The position numbers and the translations under genes were made by a program. The notes below the pieces were generated by a model, which was not told the DNA's origin, did not search any database, and saw nothing but the letters and a program-made list of their open reading frames with translations. From Candidatus Eiseniibacteriota bacterium (GTDB taxonomy: Bacteria > Eisenbacteria > RBG-16-71-46 > JABDJR01): a DNA stretch of 64,000 bases. Location: positions 896,001 through 960,000 of the forward strand of contig CAVXKA010000001.1 of the NCBI GenBank assembly GCA_963762255.1, in the 5' to 3' direction. This document shows, one piece after another, positions 18,085 through 27,681 of this stretch (positions are counted from its first letter, which is position 1; each line of letters begins with the position of its first letter).

Positions 18085-19011
18085 ATGATCCTCGCCACGC
18101 TTCTCCTTTCTCTCTTCTTGGGGCCGGCTGTTGTCGACACGTCCATGAGCGCGCCGCGCAAGCCCGACTACTGGGAGGCGTGGGGTGTGGTGTTCGTGAA
18201 GGCCACGTGCGATGCGGACGGCCGCGTGCTTAGCGCGGAAGTCGCGCGCGGCACGGCGGCGCCGGCGGTTCTAGATTCCCTGGTCGCGCTGGTGAAGGCC
18301 GGCGCCTTCGAGATACGCACGCGCTGGGACGGCAGCCCGGATTCAGTCCAGGTGGTGCCGTTCGTCACGGAGCGCCATCCGCGAGTGAGCGAGCGGGCCG
18401 GGTGGGTCGGCATGCCGGACGACATCCGCGGCGCGCTCGCTCGATTTCCGCTCGATGTGTGGCTCCGAGGGATGCTGGAGATCGACCCCGAGTTCGACCT
18501 GGACGACTTTCTGTTCGCATCCCAAGGCGGCCCGTGGGAGGAGTATGTGCCCGGCTATCTGGCCGAGCCTGACATGATGGAGAAGCGGGAGTTGGGACTG
18601 CTGCTGGATTCTCCCGACGGTTTGTGGGTCCTCGACCCGTTTCATGGCGGATTTGTGGGGGGCGACGACCGCATGGGCTGGGATGCGGACAATGGGTTTT
18701 CGATCAGCGACGCGTCGTCCGGCGCACGCATCGTCAGCTATGTGGTGGGTCCTGGGTCCTGGTCTACTTGGGCCACGACCTGGATCGGTCTGGAGCGCTG
18801 TCTTCTCGTCGGATCGACGCAGCGCGACGCATTCGCAGGCGGCACGGTCGTCTTGATGCCGGCCCCGGCGATCTGGGAGTTGAATCTCGTCACCCGCACG
18901 TTGCATTTCTACATCGGCGCCCCGATCCGACCGGAGGACGAACCTGGCTACGACGAGTTGGGGTACTCCGTCCTCTCGACGTCCTTCCCCAAGATCAACT
19001 GGCGCGACTGA
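18085..19011 (+). CDS. secreted hypothetical protein with possible TonB-C-like N-terminal domain
   Basis: Hydrophobic N-terminus from ATG 18085; GVVFVKATCDADGRVLSAEV resembles the TonB-C strand pattern; the remainder is not recognised. Confidence 0.55.
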   Translation: MILATLLLSLFLGPAVVDTSMSAPRKPDYWEAWGVVFVKATCDADGRVLSAEVARGTAAPAVLDSLVALVKAGAFEIRTRWDGSPDSVQVVPFVTERHPRVSERAGWVGMPDDIRGALARFPLDVWLRGMLEIDPEFDLDDFLFASQGGPWEEYVPGYLAEPDMMEKRELGLLLDSPDGLWVLDPFHGGFVGGDDRMGWDADNGFSISDASSGARIVSYVVGPGSWSTWATTWIGLERCLLVGSTQRDAFAGGTVVLMPAPAIWELNLVTRTLHFYIGAPIRPEDEPGYDELGYSVLSTSFPKINWRD

Positions 19012-19124
19012 TCGCTACCCCCGTCGCATCCACGTCCCGTTCGCGCAGCAGTGCATGGCGAACTCGGGCGAGGCCTGCACGCGCCCCGACGCCGACCGCA
19101 CCGCCAGCCCCTTGATCGTCGGCG

Positions 19125-20585
19125 TCATGCGTTGCTCCCCCCGCTGCCGCCATGCGGGCCGCCGTCGCCCCGCGATCCGCCGCCGTCCTCTCCGCGCAGC
19201 AGTCCCGGCTGTGTCCATCGCGCCGGATCGAGCAGCGCCGCGATCTCCTCGCGCGGCCGCCCCATCGCCTCGGCGGCGACCTCTACGATGCTGCGCCGCT
19301 CGCGCACCGCGCGCTTGACGATCTCGGACGCGCGTTCGTAGCCCACCAGCGGGTTCAGCATGGTGGCGAGCGAGACGGTGCGCTCCGCGTACTCACGGCA
19401 GCGCGCCTCGTCGGCGGTGATCCCCTCCACGCAGAATTCGCGGAACACGCCGAGCGTGTTGGTGAGAATGTCCACCGAGAAGAGAATCTCGAACGCGATC
19501 ACCGGCATCATCACGTTGAGCTGGAACTGTCCGGCCTGCGCCGCGAACGCCACCGCTGTCTCCGCGCCGATCACGTGGAAGCAGACCATGTCGAGGTTCT
19601 CCGCCATGACCGGGTTCACCTTGCCGGGCATGATCGACGAGCCCGGCTGCACCGCGGGGAGCGCGATCTCGCCGACGCCGCTGGTCGGGCCGGAAGACAT
19701 GAGCCGCAGATCGTTGGCGATCCGAACCAGCTCCAGCGCCACGCCTTTCAAAGCGCCGGCAAAGCGCGCGAAGTCGTGCATGCTGGCGTGCATCGCGATC
19801 GGGGTCGATGTCGCGCGCAGCGGGAAGCCGCTCAGCCGAGCCATCTCCGCGGTCATCCGCGCCGCGAACTCCGGGTGGCGATTGACGCCGGTGCCCACCG
19901 CGGTGCCGCCGATGCCCAGTTCCTCCAGGGCGTGCCCCGCCGCGGCAAGATCGCCCCGCGCGCGCTCCACACTGTCCGCGTACCCTTCGAAAATCTGCCC
20001 GAGCCCGATCGGCGTCGCGTCCTGAAGGTGCGTGCGCCCTGCGGTGACGATGCCCGCAAAGTCACGCCCCTTCGCGCGGAGCGCTTCGACCAGCGCGCGC
20101 AACGCGCGATCCAGATCGGTCTCGCGCATCAGCACCGCCAGCCGCATCGCGGTGGGAAAGGTATCGTTGGTGGACTGACCGAGGTTCACGTGATCGTTGG
20201 GGTGCACGGGGCGATACACCCCACGCGCTCCACCCAACCGCTCGTTGGCGCGGTTGGCCAGCACTTCGTTCACGTTCATGTGGTGACTCGTCCCCGCGCC
20301 GGCCTGAAACGGATCCACTACGAACTGGTCGGCGTGCGCGCCGGCGAGCACCTCATCGCACGCGGCGATGATCGCCTCCGCGCTGCGTTCCTCCAGGAGT
20401 TTGAGATCCGCGTTCACCCGCGCCGCCGCGCGCTTCAGGAGCACATAGGCCTGGACGAACATGGGATCGGGCCGCAACCCGGAGATCGGGAAATTGCGCA
20501 GCGCGCGCTGCGTCTGGGCGCCCCAAAGAGCTTCGGCGGGTACCTCGATGTCACCCAGAGAGTCGTGTTCGCGGCGTGTAGGCAT
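19125..20585 (-). CDS. aspA: aspartate ammonia-lyase (fumarase/aspartase superfamily)
   Basis: WGAQTQRA..NF, QAGAGTS..MNVNEV (AspA-type rather than FumC QTGSGT), QSTND, GRTHLQDA, signature GSSIMPGKVNP. Confidence 0.8.
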   Translation of the reverse strand: MPTRREHDSLGDIEVPAEALWGAQTQRALRNFPISGLRPDPMFVQAYVLLKRAAARVNADLKLLEERSAEAIIAACDEVLAGAHADQFVVDPFQAGAGTSHHMNVNEVLANRANERLGGARGVYRPVHPNDHVNLGQSTNDTFPTAMRLAVLMRETDLDRALRALVEALRAKGRDFAGIVTAGRTHLQDATPIGLGQIFEGYADSVERARGDLAAAGHALEELGIGGTAVGTGVNRHPEFAARMTAEMARLSGFPLRATSTPIAMHASMHDFARFAGALKGVALELVRIANDLRLMSSGPTSGVGEIALPAVQPGSSIMPGKVNPVMAENLDMVCFHVIGAETAVAFAAQAGQFQLNVMMPVIAFEILFSVDILTNTLGVFREFCVEGITADEARCREYAERTVSLATMLNPLVGYERASEIVKRAVRERRSIVEVAAEAMGRPREEIAALLDPARWTQPGLLRGEDGGGSRGDGGPHGGSGGSNA

Positions 20586-20910
20586 GGGTCATCTCCTCGG
20601 AATGGCGCCCCCGATCCGGGAAGCGTAGCACGGCGCAGCGGAGCCATCGCGGCCCCATCCGAATCGCTAACCAATGGATACATATACTTTTACATGATGT
20701 GGCCCCACCCTGTCCCTCCCAATCCATTCGCGCCGTATTCACCCCTGTGCTACCTTGATGCCTCAGCCCGGACATCGCCGAAGCGAAACTGCGCGGATTT
20801 CGCTACGGCCCAACCCGAACGCGGACGAAAACCTCTGGAGGGGGGGATTCGCCTACGCGAAGGGTGCCCTTCCGTCTCCCCCCAAGGGCCACCGCGTTCC
20901 CGGATCGGTC

Positions 20911-21600
20911 ATGATCAAATTTTTTCACGTCTCAAAGACGTACCGGAAAGGTGCGCCGTCCGCGCTCGTGGACGTGAACCTCACGCTGGAGGACGGCGAG
21001 TTCGTCTTCCTCGTGGGGCCCAGCGGTTCCGGCAAGACGACGCTCTTGAAGCTCATCCACATGGAGATCATGCCCACCGAGGGCGAGGTCGTGGTGGCGG
21101 GCTTCACCACGGGCGGCATGACGCGCAAGAAGGTCCTCACCTTGCGCCGGCGCGTCGGCGTGGTCTTCCAGGATTTCCGCCTCCTGCACGATCGATCCAT
21201 CTACGAGAACGTGGCGTTTCCGCTGCGGCTCTTCGGCGAGTTCAACGAGCGCGAGATCGCCGACCGCGTGAACCACGTGCTCAACCAGGTCGGGCTCCTC
21301 CACAAGTCCGAGGACCGGCCGCGCGAACTTTCCGGCGGCGAGCAGCAGCGCATCGCGCTGGCCCGCGCCGTGGTCAACCGTCCCTTCGTGCTCCTGGCCG
21401 ACGAACCGACCGCGAACCTCGATCCGCGCACCGCGGACGAGATCACCGGCATCATCCAGCGGATCCACGCCGAGGGCACCGCGGTCATTCTCGCCACCCA
21501 CAAGATGGAGCTGGTCATGAACTCGGGTGAGCGCTACGTGCGCATGGACGGCGGGGCGATCGTCGAGGACTGGGTCGACCCGCAACGAGGTGTGCGATGA
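20911..21600 (+). CDS. ftsE: cell division ATP-binding protein FtsE
   Basis: GPSGSGKTT, RRRVGVVFQDFRLL, LSGGEQQR, ADEPTANLD; directly upstream of ftsX. Confidence 0.93.
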   Translation: MIKFFHVSKTYRKGAPSALVDVNLTLEDGEFVFLVGPSGSGKTTLLKLIHMEIMPTEGEVVVAGFTTGGMTRKKVLTLRRRVGVVFQDFRLLHDRSIYENVAFPLRLFGEFNEREIADRVNHVLNQVGLLHKSEDRPRELSGGEQQRIALARAVVNRPFVLLADEPTANLDPRTADEITGIIQRIHAEGTAVILATHKMELVMNSGERYVRMDGGAIVEDWVDPQRGVR

Positions 21601-22472
21601 ACGGGCGCACGCTGCGCTATCTCATGGGCGAGGGCGGCCGAGGGCTTCGCCGCCACCGCATCATGGCGGTGACCGCGATCGTGACCATGGCCGCGAGCCT
21701 GCTGGTGCTGGGCGTGTTTCTGATCGCCTCCTACAACGTGCGCGAGGTGCTGTTCCGACTCGAGGACCGCAAGGAAGTCGTGGTCTACATGCGCACCGGT
21801 GTGGCCGAGGAGGACCGGACTCTCTTCGAGGAGCGACTCAAGCTCCACCCCGCCGTGGCGGGCGCCCGCTTCGTCTCCAAGGACGAAGCGTGGGAGGAGT
21901 TCTCGGTCTCGATGCATACCGAGGGACTCACGGACGCCGTGGGTCACAACCCGCTTCCCGACGCCTACCATCTGGTGCTCGCGCCGGAGCGGCGCGATGC
22001 TGCCACGATCGCCGGGCTAGCCACCGAGGTAGGAACCTGGGACGAGGTGGAGGAGGTCGTGACCGGCGGTGAGTGGGTGGGACGCCTCGACCGTTTCGCG
22101 CGCTCCGTATTGCTCTTCACGGCAGCCATCGGGATCGCGGTGGCGCTCTCCATCGTGGTCATCGTCGGCAACACCGTCCGCCTCACCGTGCTGGCGCGTC
22201 AGGATCTCATCCACATCATGAAGTCGGTCGGCGCGAGCGAGATGTTCATCCGCATCCCGTTCCTGAGCGAAGGGGTCATGCAGGCGGCGCTGGCCGGCGT
22301 GTTTTCGCTGGGCGCCCTCTACGGTGGGACGCTGCTCCTGTCGAGTCGCATCACCGACGTGCAGTTCATCTCCCCGCTCTGGTGCCTGGGCTTCCTGGGA
22401 GCCGCGGTGCTCCTGGGTTTCGTGGGGAGCGCGCTCTCGGTGCGGCACGTGCTGAGGCAGGTGGGGCTCTGA
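21597..22472 (+). CDS. ftsX: cell division permease FtsX
   Basis: TM1, periplasmic FVSK.EA...NPLPD, GNTVRL....R...I.IMK.VGA...FIR.PFL.EG. Confidence 0.93.
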   Translation: MNGRTLRYLMGEGGRGLRRHRIMAVTAIVTMAASLLVLGVFLIASYNVREVLFRLEDRKEVVVYMRTGVAEEDRTLFEERLKLHPAVAGARFVSKDEAWEEFSVSMHTEGLTDAVGHNPLPDAYHLVLAPERRDAATIAGLATEVGTWDEVEEVVTGGEWVGRLDRFARSVLLFTAAIGIAVALSIVVIVGNTVRLTVLARQDLIHIMKSVGASEMFIRIPFLSEGVMQAALAGVFSLGALYGGTLLLSSRITDVQFISPLWCLGFLGAAVLLGFVGSALSVRHVLRQVGL

Positions 22473-22474
22473 TC

Positions 22475-23692
22475 GTGCGCGGGCGGGTGCTCTTCGCGTC
22501 GCTGCTGGCGCTCGCCGCGCTCGTGGCCGCGCCGCACGCGGTGGGGCCTCGGTGGGCCGCCGCCCAGGCCCAGACCCAGAACTACGACGACGCCATTCAA
22601 TCCCAGAAGCAGCAACTCGAAGCGCTCCGCAAGGAGGCCGAGACCAAGCGCGCGCTGGCCAAAGAGCTGGGCAAGAAGGAGCGGGGCGTTCTTTCGCGCA
22701 TCAATCAGGCCGAGCAGGCGTTGAGCGCCACCCGCGATTACCTGCGCCGGCTTGAGGAGCGGCAGACCCTCCTGGAGATCGACATCCAGGGGACCGAGCA
22801 GGAGCTGGTCAAGGCGCAGACGCTCCTCGCCGCGCTCCGCGACCAGCTTGCGCGGCAACTGCGCTACACCTACATGCACGGCAAGGCGCGCACCCTGGAA
22901 GTCGTGTTTTCGGCCGACACGTTCGGGCAGCTCCTGGAGCGAGGAGCCTTTCTGAGCCGCGTGCTGCACGAAGACGAGAAGCTCATCCTCGAGGTCGAGG
23001 AGCAGCAGGCGAAGGTCGAGGATGCGCTCTCGCGGTTGCGCGGCAAGCAGGCGGAGGTGCAGGACCTTCAGGGCGAGAAGACGCGCGAAAAGCTGCAGTA
23101 CGAATCGCTGAAGGGCCAGCGCGAGCGCGACCTGGTCAAGGTGCGCACCGAGAAGCAGGAGCACGAGGCGGCGGCCAGGGAACTCGAGGCCGCGGCCAAG
23201 AAGATGCAGAGCGTGCTCGCCGAGTTGGAGCGCAAACGCAAGGAAGCCATGCGCCGCAAGAGCCCGGTGCAGGACGAACTCGACCGCAACGATTTCGGAC
23301 GGAATCGCGGACGGTTGCCGTGGCCGGTGGACGGGGAGATCCTCGACACCTTCGGGCGCCACGAGCATCCCAAGTACAAGACGATCACGCTCAACAACGG
23401 CGTGGACATCGCCGCCGGGATCGGAACGCCGGTGCGCAGCGTGGGCGACGGTGTGGTGGATCTCGTGCAATGGATTTCGGGCTACGGACAGACGGTGATC
23501 GTCAATCACGGGCGCGGGTTCTACACGATCTACGCCCACCTGTCTTCGGTCTCCGTGGGAGAGGACGACCGCGTGACCCCGGGGCAGCTGATCGGCGCCT
23601 CGGGAGACACCGGAAGCCTCAAAGGCCCGTGCCTGCACTTCGAGGTACGTGAGGGAGGCGGGGCCCAGGATCCGATGGGCTGGCTGAGATAA
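22475..23692 (+). CDS. envC: EnvC-like murein hydrolase activator (coiled coil + M23 domain)
   Basis: Signal peptide, long coiled coil, GRLPWPV.G, NNGVDI, YAHL, CLHFEVR; follows ftsEX. Confidence 0.82.
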   Translation: MRGRVLFASLLALAALVAAPHAVGPRWAAAQAQTQNYDDAIQSQKQQLEALRKEAETKRALAKELGKKERGVLSRINQAEQALSATRDYLRRLEERQTLLEIDIQGTEQELVKAQTLLAALRDQLARQLRYTYMHGKARTLEVVFSADTFGQLLERGAFLSRVLHEDEKLILEVEEQQAKVEDALSRLRGKQAEVQDLQGEKTREKLQYESLKGQRERDLVKVRTEKQEHEAAARELEAAAKKMQSVLAELERKRKEAMRRKSPVQDELDRNDFGRNRGRLPWPVDGEILDTFGRHEHPKYKTITLNNGVDIAAGIGTPVRSVGDGVVDLVQWISGYGQTVIVNHGRGFYTIYAHLSSVSVGEDDRVTPGQLIGASGDTGSLKGPCLHFEVREGGGAQDPMGWLR

Positions 23693-23805
23693 GGCTGGCC
23701 GGCCGAGACAACGCCGCCCGGGTGAGATAACTCCTCCCGCATGGAGTATATTGAGGCGTCGCCCCGCTCCCCCCGTAGTGGTTTTGCGATGAGGATGAGG
23801 AGGCT

Positions 23806-24822
23806 ATGAGTCAGCTACGCGCGCGCATTCTGGGTACCGGTTCCTTCGTGCCTCCGCGCACGGTGACCAACGACGAGCTCACCAAGCTCATGGACACCAC
23901 CGACGAGTGGATCGTCCAGCGCACCGGGATCCGCGAGCGGCACTGGGTGGAGGGCTCCACCACGACCTCGGATCTCGGGGTGGAGGCGGCGAACCGAGCG
24001 CTCGCCGCCGCCGGCGTGAAGAAGGAGGAGATCGACATGATCTTCTTCGCCACGCTGAGCCCCGACTACGAATTCCCCGGCACGGCGGTGTTCTTCCAGG
24101 CCAAGATGGGAATTTCGGGCATTCCCGCCATCGACGTGCGCCAGCAGTGCACTGGATTCCTGCACACGATGGCCTTCGCCGATCAGTTCATCCGTACCGG
24201 GTTCGCCCGGAAGGTGCTGGTCGTGGGCGCCGAGATCCACTCCAAGGGGCTCGACGTCTCCACGCGCGGGCGCGATCTGGCCGCTCTGTTCGGCGACGCC
24301 GCCGGCTCCGCGGTGATCGGCGCGACGGAGGTGAACGATCCCCGCCGCGACCCCCACATCTTCTCGACCCACCTGCACATGGACGGCCGGTTCGCCCGGG
24401 AACTCTGGGCCCAGGCGCCGTCCCAGGCCTACGACGGGCCCCGCATCAGCCACGAGATCCTCGACCGCGGCGAACACTTTCCGAAGATGAACGGCCGGAC
24501 GGTGTTCATGCACGCGGTGAAGAAGATGCCGGAAGCGGTGATGGAAGCGCTCGACAAGAACGGCATGACCCTCGACGACGTGGACCTGTTCATCTTCCAC
24601 CAGGCCAACCTGCGGATCAACGAAGCGGTCACGAGAGAGCTGGGCGTCCCACCCGAGAAGGTGTTCAACACCATCCAGCGCTTCGGCAACACCACCGCGG
24701 CGACGATCCCGCTCGGCCTGGACGAGGCGGTCAAGGCCGGTCTGTTGAAACCGGGGATGCTGGTCTCCTTCGCCGCGTTCGGAAGCGGCTTTACTTGGGG
24801 GTCGGCGCTGGTCCGCTGGTAG
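23806..24822 (+). CDS. fabH: 3-oxoacyl-ACP synthase III
   Basis: DTTDEWIVQRTGIRER, catalytic QQCTGF, LFGDAAG, HQANLRI, GNTTAATIP, FGSGFTWG. Confidence 0.93.
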   Translation: MSQLRARILGTGSFVPPRTVTNDELTKLMDTTDEWIVQRTGIRERHWVEGSTTTSDLGVEAANRALAAAGVKKEEIDMIFFATLSPDYEFPGTAVFFQAKMGISGIPAIDVRQQCTGFLHTMAFADQFIRTGFARKVLVVGAEIHSKGLDVSTRGRDLAALFGDAAGSAVIGATEVNDPRRDPHIFSTHLHMDGRFARELWAQAPSQAYDGPRISHEILDRGEHFPKMNGRTVFMHAVKKMPEAVMEALDKNGMTLDDVDLFIFHQANLRINEAVTRELGVPPEKVFNTIQRFGNTTAATIPLGLDEAVKAGLLKPGMLVSFAAFGSGFTWGSALVRW

Positions 24823-25219
24823 AGGACTTCCCGTTGGGGTACATGAGCGCGTAGGCGAGCAATCCCAGGCCGACGAACAGAGACGGGAAGGCCCAGATCT
24901 TCAGGAAGATGAGGAATTGCCGGAAGTCCGTGTCCTGCGCTTCGCCCCGGAGCGCAGTGGTCGACACCAGCAACCCGAGTCCGATGCCGGTCCAGACCAG
25001 TCCGTGCACCGCGGTCCCGCGCCCGCGCTTTCCGCGCAGGTCTTCCTGCGAATCGAGCAGTGCCCGCGGGAGTTCGGTTTGTCCCATCTCGATCGCCTTG
25101 AGGCGCTCCTTGTGGAGGGCCTCCCGCTCCTTCACCTTGCGCCAGGCGTTGACGATGATCGCCGCCGTGATCGCGAAGAACAGGCCGAGCATGACGAGAA
25201 CGGGTGCGGCATCATCCAT
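24791..25219 (-). CDS. DUF6249-like membrane protein
   Basis: TM helix, then LHKERLKAIEMG, then two TM helices (GLVWTGIGLG...LFVGLGLL); divergent from an ECF sigma. Confidence 0.72.
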   Translation of the reverse strand: MDDAAPVLVMLGLFFAITAAIIVNAWRKVKEREALHKERLKAIEMGQTELPRALLDSQEDLRGKRGRGTAVHGLVWTGIGLGLLVSTTALRGEAQDTDFRQFLIFLKIWAFPSLFVGLGLLAYALMYPNGKSSTSGPAPTPK

Positions 25220-25295
25220 GGTGTCTTGAACCCCTCTTTCATGAAGGTCCCCGGCTCCGAGGGCGGTCGCCTCGGCGGGTTCCTTGCCAAGCGGA

Positions 25296-25363
25296 TGGAC
25301 ACCGCGGGCGGGAGCCGGGTTGCAGCCGATTCGGTGCAACCGGCGGGGGCCCGGCCGGGTCCA
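25296..25363. promoter_or_regulatory. back-to-back ECF-type promoters TGCAAC-N18-GTCCA on both strands
   Basis: + strand: TGCAAC 25335-40 and GTCCA 25359-63. - strand: TGCAAC 25324-19 and GTCCA 25300-296. Both spacers are 18 nt. Confidence 0.75.
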
Positions 25364-25407
25364 ACCCGATCAGAACTCCGTCCGAGAAGGCCTGCAAGGG
25401 GGGATCG

Positions 25408-25974
25408 TTGGGGAGCCTGCTCGAAGTGGCTGAGGATACGGCGCCTACGCTTCAGGCCCTGCTGGACGCGGGGGATCTGGAGGGCGCCTATGCCCGAGTG
25501 GTCGAGGCCACCCAGGACAGCCTCTACCGCTTCCTTCGCCACATGCTCCGCGATGAGGAAGCGGCTCGGGAGGTGTTCCAGGATACCTACATCCGCGTGT
25601 TTCGGGCGCTGGCGGGATTCCGCGGCGAGGCGAGCCTCACGACCTGGGTGCTCACCATAGGTCGCAACACCGCGCTCAACCGGCACCGCCGGATGAAGAC
25701 GCGGGAGGGGCGCACCGAGTCGCTGGACGACGCGGCGACTGCGGCGCGCGAGCCGTGGATCGCCCCGGAAGAGCCGGCGGGAACCCGTTCCGTGCTGGCC
25801 GCGGTGGATGCGCTGCCGGAGGCCCAGCGCGAGGCCGTGCTGCTATTCTACGGGGACGATCTGCCGATCGCCGAGGTGGCGGCGCTCACCGGTCGCCCGG
25901 TGAACACGATCAAGAGCGATCTCCTGCGGGCGCGCGGGCGGCTGAGGGAGATGCTCGAGGGCGGCCCCCGGTAG
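25408..25974 (+). CDS. ECF RNA polymerase sigma factor
   Basis: Region 2 (A.EVFQDTY, FRGEASLTTW...I.RN) and region 4 (LP.AQR, EVA.LTG.PVNTIKS.L.RAR). TTG start after AAGGGGGGA. Confidence 0.9.
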   Translation: MGSLLEVAEDTAPTLQALLDAGDLEGAYARVVEATQDSLYRFLRHMLRDEEAAREVFQDTYIRVFRALAGFRGEASLTTWVLTIGRNTALNRHRRMKTREGRTESLDDAATAAREPWIAPEEPAGTRSVLAAVDALPEAQREAVLLFYGDDLPIAEVAALTGRPVNTIKSDLLRARGRLREMLEGGPR

Positions 25975-25993
25975 GGGCGCGAAGGGAGACGAG

Positions 25994-26422
25994 GTGGACA
26001 CGCAAGAACGCGAGCTGCGCGAAGACCGCATCGGCCGCAGTGTGCGGGCCGCGCTCTCCTCGGAGCGCGCTCCGCAGGCGTGGGCGCGCGAGGCCCTGGC
26101 CGTGACGGCGCGTGGGGGCGCCGCCGCGCGGATCGCTCCTGTGTCGATGCCCCGCGAGGAATCGCGGCTCCTCGTCATCCTGCCCCATATCCTCGGCGTG
26201 GCGCTCTTGCTCGGCCTCGGCCTGTCCACGCTTCTGCGACCCGACATGCTGGCGGCTCTCGACGCACTGATGAAGCCGCTCTTCGCCGGAGAATCGCTGA
26301 GCGCGAAGGACATCGACGTCGCGCGTCTCGTGCCGTGGCTTGCGGTCACGGCCCCGCTCATCGTGCTGGTGCTTCTCGAGGCCACCCGCGGGTTTGCCTT
26401 CGTCCGGCGCTGGTTCTCCTAG
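25994..26422 (+). CDS. putative membrane anti-sigma factor
   Basis: Immediately downstream of the ECF sigma; RBS GGGAG; short cytoplasmic N-terminus and two hydrophobic helices. Confidence 0.55.
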   Translation: MDTQERELREDRIGRSVRAALSSERAPQAWAREALAVTARGGAAARIAPVSMPREESRLLVILPHILGVALLLGLGLSTLLRPDMLAALDALMKPLFAGESLSAKDIDVARLVPWLAVTAPLIVLVLLEATRGFAFVRRWFS

Positions 26423-26484
26423 CCGCTGCGCGCGCGCCGGAGAAGACCCCCGTCCGCGCGCCCCCTTGCTACAATGCCCCGGCC

Positions 26485-27681
26485 ATGCCGCGCTTTGCCG
26501 ACATACGGGGCCAGGACGAGGCCCACGCTCTTCTCCGCCTGGCGGTGGCGCGCGCGCGTCTGCCTCACGCGGTGCTCTTCCACGGCACGCGGGGCATCGG
26601 CAAGACCTCGACCGCGTTCGCGCTGGCGCAGTTCCTGAACTGCGAGGCGCCGAGCGAAACCGACTCGTGCGGGACATGCGCGTCCTGCCGGAAGATCGCT
26701 CGCCTCCAGCACCCCGACATCCACTGGGTTTTCCCGATGACGGGGTCGCTCCGAGGCGAACAGCGCGGCGCGCACATTCGTTCCACGATCGAGGCGCGGC
26801 TCGAGCCCGGCATTCACTCGCTCTCGTACAAGGAGAGCGCCTCCATCGCGATCGGCCGCGACCAGGATCTCCGCGCGGGGAGCGTGGGCGAGGTCCGTTT
26901 TCAGGCGGGGATCACCCCGGTCGAGGCGCGGGTCAAGGTGTTCGTGGTTTCGGATGCAGAACGCATGACCGCAGAGGCGGCCAACAGCCTCCTCAAGGTA
27001 CTCGAGGAACCGCCGCCCAATAACTTGATCGTACTCACCGCGCAGCGCCCGAGCGCGCTCTTGAAGACCATCGTCTCGCGATGTCAGTCCGTGAGGTTCC
27101 GCGACCTGCGCGAGGACGAGGTGGCGGCGATGCTCGTCGAGCGTGTTCGCATTCCTGTGCTGGGGCCCGATGGGAAGCCCCCGAAGCCGCCGGAGCCCCC
27201 GGCGCCCCCGTCCCCGGGCCACGCCGCGCTCGCCGCCGCGCTCTCGCGCGGAAGCGCAGCCAACGCCGCGGCGCTTCTGGATGAAGAGACCGACGTGGTG
27301 AGCTTGCGCGACCGCGCCGTGTCGTTCCTGGCGTTTCCACCCGGCGACCCCCGGCTGCACGACGCGGTGGACGCGATCGCGGCCATGGGCGACCGCTCCG
27401 CGGTGGCGCGCTTCCTGGATTTCGGGGCGCTATGGCTCGGCGATCTGCTGCGCGTCGCCACAGGCAGCGGTGTGCCCATCGCCAACCGCGATCGCGAGGA
27501 TGCGGTCCGGCGCGAGGCGGAGGGGATGACGGTGACCGAGATTCGCCGCCGCGCGAGGCTCCTCGACGAGGCGCGCCGCGCGATGGAAGGCAACGTCTAC
27601 ATGCGATTGGTTCTTTACGGCCTCATCGAGGGCCTGCACCGTGCCGAGGGCGCGCCCCGGCGAGAGGCATTGACGCGATGA
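26485..27681 (+). CDS. holB: DNA polymerase III subunit delta'
   Basis: HAVLFHG..GIGK, zinc motif C...SCGTCASC, HPDI, AANSLLK.LEEPP, TIVSRCQ. Extended -10 TGCTACAAT at 26467-75. Confidence 0.92.
   Translation: MPRFADIRGQDEAHALLRLAVARARLPHAVLFHGTRGIGKTSTAFALAQFLNCEAPSETDSCGTCASCRKIARLQHPDIHWVFPMTGSLRGEQRGAHIRSTIEARLEPGIHSLSYKESASIAIGRDQDLRAGSVGEVRFQAGITPVEARVKVFVVSDAERMTAEAANSLLKVLEEPPPNNLIVLTAQRPSALLKTIVSRCQSVRFRDLREDEVAAMLVERVRIPVLGPDGKPPKPPEPPAPPSPGHAALAAALSRGSAANAAALLDEETDVVSLRDRAVSFLAFPPGDPRLHDAVDAIAAMGDRSAVARFLDFGALWLGDLLRVATGSGVPIANRDREDAVRREAEGMTVTEIRRRARLLDEARRAMEGNVYMRLVLYGLIEGLHRAEGAPRREALTR

Noticed and set aside
19125-20585. fumC assignment
   Set aside because: The QAGAGTS motif favours AspA, although fumarase activity cannot be excluded.
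27160-27215. Pro-rich insert in HolB (PDGKPPKPPEPPAPPSPG)
   Set aside because: Real but most likely a neutral loop expansion; no intein motifs.
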